From: Promethearchaeati archaeon
GTDB lineage: Archaea > Asgardarchaeota > Heimdallarchaeia > Heimdallarchaeales > Heimdallarchaeaceae
Length of the DNA stretch: 30,600 nt
Assembly (NCBI GenBank): GCA_013166775.1
Contig: JABLTJ010000036.1
Span: forward strand, 1-30,600
Direction of reading: 5' to 3'
The position numbers and the translations under genes were made by a program. The notes beneath the pieces are model-generated. The model was not told the origin of the DNA and ran no database searches. It saw only the letters and a program-made list of their open reading frames with translations. Positions 1 to 8,863 of this stretch are shown piece by piece (positions within the stretch are counted from its first letter, which is position 1; every line of letters starts with the position of its first letter).

Positions 1-293
1 AATCAGGGAATGTTGTTTGCAAAAGATTGTTATAACTAGCATAGTAGTTACTAAAATGCCCTGAATAAACAAGAAATGTACTTATAGTTGAGAATAAAAG
101 AGGTATAAAAAGTAAAAGAACTGTTTTATTTCTACCTTTTCCCTACATCATCTCAAATCCATGTTATATTTATCACCAATTTAAATATTGCCTATTTACT
201 TTGTACTTCCTTCTACAATCTATTGAAAAAGAAAAAAAAGAACAAAAGCTTTTACCCTTTCATTCTTAATTTTTTTTTGATAATTTAACACTT

Positions 294-1154
294 TTATGTA
301 TGATAATTCAATGTTACCTTAAGGATTAAACCATTATAGTAATTGCTCCAATATTTCCTTCTTCCGTCTAACCAATCGAATTTCAGATAGCTATTTTCGT
401 ATGTTTCAACTTCAATATAAGGAAAATCCCATTCAGCATAAGTCCATACATCATTGAATTGTCTTTCTCCAGTTGTATCTGTATCTTTGACAGTTAACCT
501 TGCTTTGAAAAGTAATGCATCTTCTCCATTATCTTCATCCCAGACTTTAATTATCCAATCCAATAGTCCAACATTAAGTCGAATGTTATTATACTCTTTG
601 TCATAATATCCACTACCATCGAAATCATTGTTATTCAATACATGTTCTGCAGATATACCATCTTCATAATCATCCCAAGCAGTCTGTGATGTTTGAGTTG
701 TTTCGTGTGATATCGTGAAATAAATATCTCCTTTACCAAAATCTGAATCTTGAGAAACCAGTAAAATACTGCTAGCTCTATAAAAAAATGGAAAAAATAC
801 TTTTCGCTGACAAAACACTTCCTGATCCTTTGTTATGATATAAGGAGAATAGAACCAGAGAACAAGGACGAGGAGGGTAATCAAACCTATACTCAAAATT
901 ACTCTTAGCAATGGAGTACTTAATACATCCCTTAATTTAGTAATAAAAGAAGAACTAGCTTGAGAGAAAGAAGGAAGGATTTTGGTAATCAACTCTGGAA
1001 AAAGGAAGAAAAAAGCTGTTAATCCTACAATCAAAGTAACAATATAAGAAAAAATAGATTTTATCCAATATTTTGTAATTCGTTCATTTGCATCAGAATC
1101 TGATGAGTATGAGGAATTCCTTTTCTTGTTATACTGATTTCTGGAATCCTTCAT
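294..1154 (-). CDS. Hypothetical membrane protein: two N-terminal TM helices plus an acidic beta-rich, possibly C2-like domain
   Basis: The ORF track gives 294..1220; the first ATG (MKDSR) is at 1154. It has two hydrophobic stretches (IFSYIVTLIVGLTAFFFLF, VILSIGLITLLVLVLWFY) followed by the motifs DSDFGKGDIYFTI and IKVWDEDNGED. Confidence 0.6.
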   Translation of the reverse strand: MKDSRNQYNKKRNSSYSSDSDANERITKYWIKSIFSYIVTLIVGLTAFFFLFPELITKILPSFSQASSSFITKLRDVLSTPLLRVILSIGLITLLVLVLWFYSPYIITKDQEVFCQRKVFFPFFYRASSILLVSQDSDFGKGDIYFTISHETTQTSQTAWDDYEDGISAEHVLNNNDFDGSGYYDKEYNNIRLNVGLLDWIIKVWDEDNGEDALLFKARLTVKDTDTTGERQFNDVWTYAEWDFPYIEVETYENSYLKFDWLDGRRKYWSNYYNGLILKVTLNYHT

Positions 1155-1263
1155 GTTCACCACTTGAGTGTATAGTTTATTCAAACCTACTGATTCAACT
1201 AAACAAGAATATAAAAACACATCAAGAGGTAAGAAAATAAGCTAAGAAAAAAAAGTTAGTATA

Positions 1264-1455
1264 TTGTTTGTAATATTGGTGCAGACAAGAAGTAATATAA
1301 ATCTCACTGGGCCATTCTTCACTCTCAAAAATTTAGTAACTCCAGGTGATGCTTTTAACTCTGGATTTCTTATTATCGACTATCTCAACGATATAAACAT
1401 CGATGCCAAATTAGAAGTAATTAACTATGACTGTAACAATCCTGATCCTTCCTAA
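1264..1455 (+). pseudogene. Possible decayed fragment of a PfkB/ribokinase-family kinase (C-terminal signature)
   Basis: VTPGDAFNSGFL resembles the PfkB signature DTxGAGDAFxxGF. The ORF is only 63 aa with a TTG start, and the rest of the domain is absent. Confidence 0.3.
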
Positions 1456-1523
1456 CAATCAACAAAAATTGGGATTAAACAATTTAATATCTTTTTCTCG
1501 AAAAAAACCGAATAAAAGAAAAA

Positions 1524-2453
1524 TCAGTTCGATTTTTCATTCTTCAAATCTATTAGTTCTTGAGGTACAATAGTTTTTATTCTCCTTGGGGCTACTTCAA
1601 ATTCTATACTCCTTGCTCCAAAACTAACAATCTCACCTTCAACTTCTATTGGTAGAGGTTTGTCTACTTCTAAACTCACTTTCTTGCCATTATAGAAATT
1701 AACTCCTTTCTTACCAATATGCTTACCTGGTTTTAGAACATTAAGAAGATAAAACTGGTAAAGTTTTCTTACATCTCCAGCTATAACTATTTGAAAATCA
1801 TCTCTAAAACCATAATTATTTGGTAAAACATTGAATCCTGCTCCAAATCGGTTCCCAAATCCTGCTGCCATAATTACTAACTTTGTCTTAATTTCATCTA
1901 AGTCATCAATCTGAATTCTTGATGGAACTACTCTATATTTTGCTATTCCTTTAAGAGCAAGGTAATAGTATTTGACAAATCCTCTTAACCATTTAGCATC
2001 TGTGAATGACGATACTGAGATAGTTGCTCCAACTCCTGTGTCTACAATATTTATAAAATACCGTTCATTATCCTCACATCTTGCTATTCCTACTCCAAGA
2101 TCTAGCATTTTAAATTCACGTAGAATATTCAAACTCCTCATGTAGTTATCATCATATTTATGCCCAAAAGCAAAATCATTGCCATTTCCTAAAGGAAGAA
2201 CCCCAAATGTTCCATCTATTTCATATACACCGTTTGCAACTTCATTTACTGTACCATCCCCTCCTGTTGCTACTATGCAGTCGAAATCTTTTCCTTTATC
2301 TCGAGCAATATCAATTGCATGAAGGGGTTCTTTTGTTAGTTCTACCGAATAATCAAAATTTTGATTCTTAATATCTGATTCAACCTTTGGCCACAACTTA
2401 CCAATTTTACCATTTCTAGCATTAGGATTGACTATAAATAAATATGAAACCAT
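1524..2453 (-). CDS. Diacylglycerol kinase family lipid kinase (YegS/DAGK-like)
   Basis: Motifs IVNPNA, GGDGTVNEV, LPLGNGNDFA, RYFIN, FGAG and PIEVEGE; 309 aa. Confidence 0.92.
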   Translation of the reverse strand: MVSYLFIVNPNARNGKIGKLWPKVESDIKNQNFDYSVELTKEPLHAIDIARDKGKDFDCIVATGGDGTVNEVANGVYEIDGTFGVLPLGNGNDFAFGHKYDDNYMRSLNILREFKMLDLGVGIARCEDNERYFINIVDTGVGATISVSSFTDAKWLRGFVKYYYLALKGIAKYRVVPSRIQIDDLDEIKTKLVIMAAGFGNRFGAGFNVLPNNYGFRDDFQIVIAGDVRKLYQFYLLNVLKPGKHIGKKGVNFYNGKKVSLEVDKPLPIEVEGEIVSFGARSIEFEVAPRRIKTIVPQELIDLKNEKSN

Positions 2454-2500
2454 AGAACAAACTGAAACCAGCTATATTTAAAGTTTAATGAGAAACAGAA

Positions 2501-2592
2501 TGGAGCCTCGGAGGGGACTTGAACCCCTGTCCTGTGGTTGTCTCTTTCAAAAATACGAGACCACCGCTCTCAGCCGGCTGAGCTACCAAGGC
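2501..2592 (-). tRNA. tRNA-Thr(CGT) with a 14-nt intron at 37/38 (2540..2553) and encoded CCA
   Basis: The reverse complement folds as a cloverleaf: acceptor GCCTTGG/CCGAGGC, U73, CCA; anticodon stem GTGGT/ACCAC; T arm AGGGG-TTCAAGT-CCCCT. The loop becomes CTCGTAA after removing TTTTTGAAAGAGAC. Confidence 0.93.
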
Positions 2593-2648
2593 ATGTTCAT
2601 TCATTATTTGGTACAGAATATAGATAAAAAATAGATATGCAATAAGAA

Positions 2649-3872
2649 TCAATCTAACGGAAATGTTGCATATCCTCTGAATTCAATCCAATCCTTAAGC
2701 CGTTCCTCAATTATTTCCTGAATCGCGTCTTGATCTAAGCTTCTTGCCATCTCTTCGTCTTGAGTGAACATAGCCATAATATAGCGATCTCCGCCAAATC
2801 TTAAATCCCTTAGGATAAAGATCTCATTAACATCTTTGTCTAATGTATATCTTCTGATTCTTAGAAATGGTTCTCTCATATTTACTATGGTTTCAATAGC
2901 TTCATAATATGCTGTATGTGCTAAATCCTCTAATTCCTCTTGTTCTGAGTACTGAGCGAAACACACATTACTTCTAAAATCATATAAACCAAAGAAATCA
3001 GCTTTAAGCTGCTTAGCAGCCTGTTCTGATGCATCAATAACTCCATGCTGTATAAGTGATATATCTCTAAATATGTGAGAAAAAGCTCCTAAAATGGAAG
3101 ATCTTATCTTTACGCTTGTTCTGAATAAATCTTTAGCAGAATTAAAGTAGGGACTATTGTTTGTCATATATTCAATAATTGAGCTAAAAATCTCTGTTGT
3201 TTTATCATCAATTTCATATTCAGGGTCAGATTTATGAAAGAATATTTTCCAAGGTACCTTGAGTTTTAAGGCATTTGTAACATTTGTAATTTGCTTCAGA
3301 TATTCAAAGCTCTCTTCAAATCTGTCTTTAGCTTGTACATCAACAACATAGATTACAATATCTGTTCCGAGGAAGTATTGCTGAGGATTATTTAGATAAT
3401 CTTCACGATAGACGTTTTGTCCTCCTAGTTCATGAATATGTACATCCATACCGAAAACTTCGATTTTGCTTCTCAACAGTCCTCTCGTCGGTGTGAGAGC
3501 ATATAACTTTTGAAACAATAATGATAATGCACCTCGATGCTTTAGAGCTATTGATAATGAAGTTTTACCTGCATTATCTGTCCCTACCATTACGATTTTA
3601 GCACCCGTCGTAATTTTATCAGTATCACCAACTAAAAGAAGTCGGCTAGCTGCTATCCAGCTGTTTACTCTCTCTTTTGGAATCTTCTTGATTATTTTTT
3701 CGTAATGCTGATCCCACTTACTAGCTAAATCATCAATAGTTTCTAAGTTCATTTCTTTCAATAACTTATATTCTTCTTCTGAAATGTCAAGCAAAGCAAT
3801 TATTGGGAATTTCTTAATATCTTCTTTCTCTTTAAATTCGTCTTTTAGGAGTTTGTTCCTCAGCTCAGTCAT
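2649..3872 (-). CDS. Ras-superfamily small GTPase (Arf/Rag-like) with an N-terminal helical/HhH-like domain and a C-terminal roadblock/longin-like domain
   Basis: G1 GTDNAGKTS, G2 PTRG, G3 ELGGQ, IYVVDVQ, G4 HKSD and G5 TSV. The ORF track starts at 3932; MTELR at 3872 is the likelier start. The flanking domain calls are tentative. Confidence 0.85.
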   Translation of the reverse strand: MTELRNKLLKDEFKEKEDIKKFPIIALLDISEEEYKLLKEMNLETIDDLASKWDQHYEKIIKKIPKERVNSWIAASRLLLVGDTDKITTGAKIVMVGTDNAGKTSLSIALKHRGALSLLFQKLYALTPTRGLLRSKIEVFGMDVHIHELGGQNVYREDYLNNPQQYFLGTDIVIYVVDVQAKDRFEESFEYLKQITNVTNALKLKVPWKIFFHKSDPEYEIDDKTTEIFSSIIEYMTNNSPYFNSAKDLFRTSVKIRSSILGAFSHIFRDISLIQHGVIDASEQAAKQLKADFFGLYDFRSNVCFAQYSEQEELEDLAHTAYYEAIETIVNMREPFLRIRRYTLDKDVNEIFILRDLRFGGDRYIMAMFTQDEEMARSLDQDAIQEIIEERLKDWIEFRGYATFPLD

Positions 3873-4033
3873 CTTCAATCTTCTCCAGTATGATGAAGGG
3901 ATTAAACAAGTTTCTTGATTACACTTATTCATAAGTCAAATAAGTATTTTGTTGACAATCATATGATAGTTTCTTTATCTTCTTTGCATAAATAAAGTTT
4001 AAAAAGGCAAAAGCTAGCGCTTTAATAAATTGA

Positions 4034-6067
4034 ATGGAGTATACGAAATTGCGAAAACAAAGAATTAGATTTCTGATTATCTTATCAATGATAATTCTAG
4101 GACAATTCCTAGCAAGTAGTTTAGGAACTTCTTTTATGTCAACAGATACTAAAAGTAATGATAAAACATATGATTTACAAGGCAATATTGTCTATTTTAA
4201 TAGTACTGAACCTGTGATAGATGGGATTTTAGATAGCTATATAGGTGAATGGGAAAATGCAACAGTCTACAATAGTGAATTTGGTAAGAATCATATTCCA
4301 ATAACAATTCGTGTTCAAGCAAATTTAACTCATCTATTTATGGGTCTTAGTTATACAAGTTCAATTTATATTCCAATTAACACAACTATTCCGGTAGGGG
4401 ATAGTTATAATAATGAATCTCACACATGGTATACAATACTATTTGATAGAAACTATGATCGATCAATCGGATCTGAATTATCTCCAGATGATGCAATTGC
4501 AATAAATTATCGTATAGAAGGAGCTCAAGATTCTTATGTTAATGGAACTAATGATGTAAATTCATTTGTAACTGATTTAGACATTGGTGGAGAAGAGAAT
4601 TCTTTTTCTGCTCTGACTGAAGAAGAAGGTGATTTCAATGAACATATTGTTTCTATTGAATTAGTCAAAGAACTAAAATCAGAAGACATTCAAGGATATG
4701 ATATTGAACTCAATCCTAGTGATTCAATGAATTTTGGATTAATCGTATTTCAGAACTATACTGCATCATTTAACTATACTTATTTGTTCGAAAATAGACC
4801 AACAATTTTGATGACCTTCACCTTAGAACCCCAACATACCTTCTTTTCTCATATTGAGGATTATTCAAAAATGGATGTTCTTACTTATGCAACACAATCA
4901 GACAAAACAGCGTGGGAGAATATGACATCGTTTTCATACTTCCTCTCTTCTTATGATATGAATGTAACACATATCACACCTAATGATAACTATGTATTTA
5001 CTGCTAAAAGATTAGCAGATCTTGATCTTGTTATATTGGCAGGTTCATTGAGAAACTTTGAGGATGATGAAATTGAAGCATTAAGATCTTATGCAGCATC
5101 TGGTGGTAGTTTGATGATTCTAGGAGATGCAGGAAGAAGAGGTCAAAGAGTGAATGAATTACTAGCTTATTTTGGTGTTGAAATTTACAATGCAACTCTA
5201 TTTTCAAAAGAATTAACTGTTAACTCATCCATTTCCGTTGATAATTCAGCACTTTATAATCTACCTTACTTATCCAACACTACGGCATTTACAGATCAAG
5301 CAATAGATTTGATTGAGTATGATGGGTCAGCAATTAATTTCACTTTGAAAACTGGAGAGGGAATAATTCAGCTGCAAGATGGGGATTTATACCCTACAAT
5401 TGAGATTCTTGGAGATTATTTCATCGATTTAGATAAAGATGGAATGTTTGATGCAAGTAATGATAAATCTATAAATGATTCAGCTACACTGCAAGCAGGA
5501 GTTGAATTATTAAGGGGTGGAAGACTAATCATCACAGCTTCTTCTGACTTCATGAACAATAGTTATGTTGCCAGTGCATCAAACAGGTACATGTTTTTAA
5601 GACAAGTTCAGTGGCTTCTTGGTTTTCAAAACACAATTTCATTTGATACCTATAATATTTTACAAAACGAGGTTGTCATAGATGAAGCAATAGATGTGGA
5701 AATTTCAGTAACAGGTGATAATGGAACAATTTTGGACAACCTTAGAGTATATGTAGCTGTGCAAGAATTGAAAACTGACATAAATAAAGCAAATCTTACA
5801 ACAGTAGATGACACTAATTACAATGGCTCTATTATCCCACAAACAACTAGGGATAAAGCTAAATTTATTGATATTGTAATACGCATGCATCAAAGAGGAC
5901 ATGGATACAATGAAACATCTCTTTACCAAATCTATGTTAAGCCAATAAATGAAAATCCTCTAGAACCTGATATAATAGCATTAATACTATTCATCGTATC
6001 TATTGGTCTTGTAGGTGTAGGAGCATTTGCTATAAAGAAATACAAAATTATTGAGAAAGATACATAG
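4034..6067 (+). CDS. Single-pass cell-surface glycoprotein: signal/anchor, DOMON/CBM9-like domain, GIFT (GldG/IFT52/DUF4350-like) domain, Ig-like domain, C-terminal TM
   Basis: N-terminal hydrophobic segment; PVIDG..GEW and 'LFMGL..WYTILFD' (DOMON/CBM9-like); DLVILAG..FEDDEIEALRSYAASGGSLMILGD and GGRLIITASSDFMNN (GIFT-like); many N-x-S/T sequons; C-terminal TM followed by KKYK. Confidence 0.7.
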   Translation: MEYTKLRKQRIRFLIILSMIILGQFLASSLGTSFMSTDTKSNDKTYDLQGNIVYFNSTEPVIDGILDSYIGEWENATVYNSEFGKNHIPITIRVQANLTHLFMGLSYTSSIYIPINTTIPVGDSYNNESHTWYTILFDRNYDRSIGSELSPDDAIAINYRIEGAQDSYVNGTNDVNSFVTDLDIGGEENSFSALTEEEGDFNEHIVSIELVKELKSEDIQGYDIELNPSDSMNFGLIVFQNYTASFNYTYLFENRPTILMTFTLEPQHTFFSHIEDYSKMDVLTYATQSDKTAWENMTSFSYFLSSYDMNVTHITPNDNYVFTAKRLADLDLVILAGSLRNFEDDEIEALRSYAASGGSLMILGDAGRRGQRVNELLAYFGVEIYNATLFSKELTVNSSISVDNSALYNLPYLSNTTAFTDQAIDLIEYDGSAINFTLKTGEGIIQLQDGDLYPTIEILGDYFIDLDKDGMFDASNDKSINDSATLQAGVELLRGGRLIITASSDFMNNSYVASASNRYMFLRQVQWLLGFQNTISFDTYNILQNEVVIDEAIDVEISVTGDNGTILDNLRVYVAVQELKTDINKANLTTVDDTNYNGSIIPQTTRDKAKFIDIVIRMHQRGHGYNETSLYQIYVKPINENPLEPDIIALILFIVSIGLVGVGAFAIKKYKIIEKDT

Positions 6068-6155
6068 TATCTTTCTAATTTTCTTCATTTTTTAATATTT
6101 ATTGAATAAATCTTAAATTGGTTGTTCTACAATAATTCTATAGTGTGTATAGTCA

Positions 6156-6878
6156 ATGATTACATTAGCAATATTTTCTGATGTGCATGCCAACTTAGAA
6201 GCTTTAGCTACTGTAGTTGACTATATCAATGATTTATCACCAGATATTATCATTTATTTAGGTGATACAATAGGTTATGGACCTAATCCAAAAGAATGTA
6301 TCGAAATCGTAGAAAAAATAGCTCAAATTCATGTGGTGGGAAATCATGATTATGCCATATTCACAAATAATTTCACATACTTTAATCCCCTACCAAAAAT
6401 ATCACTGTCCTGGACTAAAAATCAAATTTCAGAATATGAAATACAACTATTAGGTTCTCATCCTTTTTTCTCCATTTTTCCTCTTTTTGTTACAGAAGGC
6501 AATGCTATGTTCGTTCATGGTTCTCCAAGAAAACCTTTACGGGACTATGTATCTCCCAATTTACCTTCTTGGTCATACAACATGTTTTTCGAAATAACTC
6601 GTGAATATACAGAAATTGATTTTCTTTTCTTAGGACATACACATAAACCCCTACATATCGTTAATGAACAGAAGCATCTTCTTAATCCAGGTTCTGTAGG
6701 TCAACCAAGAGATAAAGATCCTAGAGCATCCTTCATGATTTTCAAAATCAGAGAAAAAACCAAAGAATTTGAATATGAGCATATTAGACTTGAATATGAT
6801 GTTGATACCACTTGTAAAAAAATGGAAGAATATAACTTTCATCCATTTCTCATAAACAGACTCAAACGTGGAATCTGA
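6156..6878 (+). CDS. Calcineurin-like metallophosphoesterase (YfcE/ApaH-related)
   Basis: Motifs SDVHAN, LGDTIGYG, GNHD, VHGSP, GHTH and NPGSVGQPRD. Confidence 0.92.
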   Translation: MITLAIFSDVHANLEALATVVDYINDLSPDIIIYLGDTIGYGPNPKECIEIVEKIAQIHVVGNHDYAIFTNNFTYFNPLPKISLSWTKNQISEYEIQLLGSHPFFSIFPLFVTEGNAMFVHGSPRKPLRDYVSPNLPSWSYNMFFEITREYTEIDFLFLGHTHKPLHIVNEQKHLLNPGSVGQPRDKDPRASFMIFKIREKTKEFEYEHIRLEYDVDTTCKKMEEYNFHPFLINRLKRGI

Positions 6879-6891
6879 AGAAAGGGAATGA

Positions 6892-7962
6892 TTACTCGTT
6901 CTCAGTTTTACTTTCTCCTAGTTCTTCATCTTTTTCTATTTTTTCAAGTTCCTTTTCTTTAATAAAGATAGATGAGATGGCTGCTGTTGAGAGGGTTAAT
7001 CCTGTCCCTACTAGAGTTTGATATATCACAACAGCTGCAGCTATTGCTGAAGTAATTGTTGCAGATAGACCTTCAAGGAGTGCCTGTGCAGTTATAGTTC
7101 CTGTTCCTAAGCCAGCTGGTGTGATTATGCCTGCTAACAAAGTAATTGATGATATGCTTGCTGCATCAATGAATAAAATAGGTTCACTAAACGCTAGTAA
7201 GGTTAATTTTAATGAATAAAATTCTAGTACCCACCGGAGAACTGTAGTAATTACTACTCCTGTCGCCATGAGCTTTTGCTTGTAAAGATGTTTCAGTGAT
7301 ATATAATAATTTTCTAAAGCAGGATGGATTACTCTCTCTAACCATTTTTCTCCTTTTGCTGAAAATTTACCAGTTATCACCTTAAGGATTTTTAATGCAA
7401 AATAACCTATTGGAGGGAAAAATAAGATAAAGGATAATAGAATTGTTACTCCTAAAGATGCATAAAATATTATTCTATAGATTATAATATTTTCTGGGTT
7501 AATTTTGGGAATTGTAATTGCTAGAGCAACAATAAAGAAAATTAAAACAAATAACATGTCAAGAATTCTGAAAAAAACTATGGCGGCTATAGAAGAAGAA
7601 CGGGGAACGGAAACAGATCTCTTATTTATCTCAACACTTACAATTTCTCCTGATTTAAGCGGACCAATTGTGCTAAATCCATATCCAACAAAAAAAGGAA
7701 TAAGGAATCCTTTGAATGTTAAATGATCTGACGATGCCCTAAGCAGTATGTAAAAACGGTATGCTTTGACGAAAAGACTAGTCACCATTAAGAGGAACGC
7801 CAATACCAACAAGTAAACTATTGTTTCTCTATATGCTAGAAAAGTATCTGCTAATTCACCTTTTAACCATAAACGAAGAAAAAAATATGTAAGTGTGCCA
7901 ATCATGATAAGAATGACAATAATCCGAAAGAGGTGTTTTTTAAAAAAACTTGCAATGCTCAT
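6892..7962 (-). CDS. Lysylphosphatidylglycerol synthase TM-domain / flippase-like membrane protein (UPF0104)
   Basis: Polytopic membrane protein with KAYRFYILL, GPLKSGE, FRILD and TPAGLG, matching the family patterns R.W..LL, P.R.GE, ER..D and PGG.G. Confidence 0.8.
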   Translation of the reverse strand: MSIASFFKKHLFRIIVILIMIGTLTYFFLRLWLKGELADTFLAYRETIVYLLVLAFLLMVTSLFVKAYRFYILLRASSDHLTFKGFLIPFFVGYGFSTIGPLKSGEIVSVEINKRSVSVPRSSSIAAIVFFRILDMLFVLIFFIVALAITIPKINPENIIIYRIIFYASLGVTILLSFILFFPPIGYFALKILKVITGKFSAKGEKWLERVIHPALENYYISLKHLYKQKLMATGVVITTVLRWVLEFYSLKLTLLAFSEPILFIDAASISSITLLAGIITPAGLGTGTITAQALLEGLSATITSAIAAAVVIYQTLVGTGLTLSTAAISSIFIKEKELEKIEKDEELGESKTENE

Positions 7963-8059
7963 CGGGTTAAACCTTCATGAATATGAAATTAAATCCGTTA
8001 AACAGAATCAACAAATGGGAGGAGAAAGGAAGAAAAATAAATCTATACCTTTTCTTCTA

Positions 8060-8221
8060 TTAACCTGCTGAAGGTTCTTCTGGAAAATATTCATAAGTAC
8101 ATTCTTTACAAACAATTTTCTTCCTGTATATAGGTTGATGACCGAAGTAAGCAATTGGTTTCGATTTATCCTCCACTTCTTTGAGATTTTTACTGTGACA
8201 TTTAGGGCATTCTTTCGCCAT
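8060..8221 (-). CDS. Small Cys4 zinc-ribbon protein, 53 aa (absent from the ORF track)
   Basis: Manual translation gives MAKECPKCHSKNLKEVEDKSKPIAYFGHQPIYRKKIVCKECTYEYFPEEPSAG*. It has CPKC...CKEC and an AGGTGA SD site upstream. Confidence 0.8.
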   Translation of the reverse strand: MAKECPKCHSKNLKEVEDKSKPIAYFGHQPIYRKKIVCKECTYEYFPEEPSAG

Positions 8222-8430
8222 TTCTAATTTTCACCTTTAGAATTGTTTCTTGCGGTTTATTACCAATTCTTCATTTAAAAAATTTGTGTAAGTTTCCATC
8301 TGTTAAATTAATATAATTTCTAATTCTACAAACTAAATCTTAACAAAAATGTTACTTAAGAGAATTTTGTCGGAATATTTATTGTTTTTAAATTTCTAAC
8401 CTGATTTAAAACTAAAAGTTGGTCTAGAAA

Positions 8431-8814
8431 TTATTTTTCAGACCATAATCTAAGAATATTACCAAAAGGATCTTCAAATGTAGCACAAAATCCATGTTCA
8501 TCAGAAATCTTTGACTTACCTTCTAGAGTTTTTCCTCCTGATTTTTCTATGCTTACTAATGTATCTTCTATACTTTCAGTACTAATATAAAGCATGAACT
8601 CTCCTTTCATTTCTCTTTCTGAAAGTTCAAATCCTCCCCCTACTCCTTCTTCTGTGTCTTTGAAAAATGCATAAGTTTCTCCAGTTATTGTTACCTTCCA
8701 TCCAAAAACCTTTTCAAAGAATTCTTTTGCGATAGTCATATTCTTAACAGGAATTTCCATATGGACAATTTTATGATTCTTTTGCAGAATATCACCTCTA
8801 AATTTACAAACCAT
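8431..8814 (-). CDS. VOC (glyoxalase/bleomycin-resistance) family protein
   Basis: Motifs IVHMEIPV, AKEFFEKVFGW, GGGF, IEKSGGK and FEDPFGN. The true start may be CTG at 8787 (see findings). Confidence 0.88.
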   Translation of the reverse strand: MVCKFRGDILQKNHKIVHMEIPVKNMTIAKEFFEKVFGWKVTITGETYAFFKDTEEGVGGGFELSEREMKGEFMLYISTESIEDTLVSIEKSGGKTLEGKSKISDEHGFCATFEDPFGNILRLWSEK

Positions 8815-8821
8815 GATGTAG

Positions 8822-8829
8822 TTATATAA
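8822..8829. promoter_or_regulatory. Palindromic TATA box (TTATATAA), probably shared by the divergent VOC and bshC genes
   Basis: Perfect palindrome in the 49-bp intergenic gap, about 35 nt upstream of the bshC ATG. Confidence 0.5.
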
Positions 8830-8863
8830 GAATTGTTAAGAATGGAGAAAATAAATCATTTTT

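Noticed and set aside
1-75. Possible signal-peptide-like minus-strand gene start at the window edge
   Set aside because: It is too short and has no clear start or SD site, so it cannot be supported.
3925-4185. 86-aa minus-strand ORF
   Set aside because: It overlaps the start of 4034..6067 and the divergent promoter, and has no motifs.
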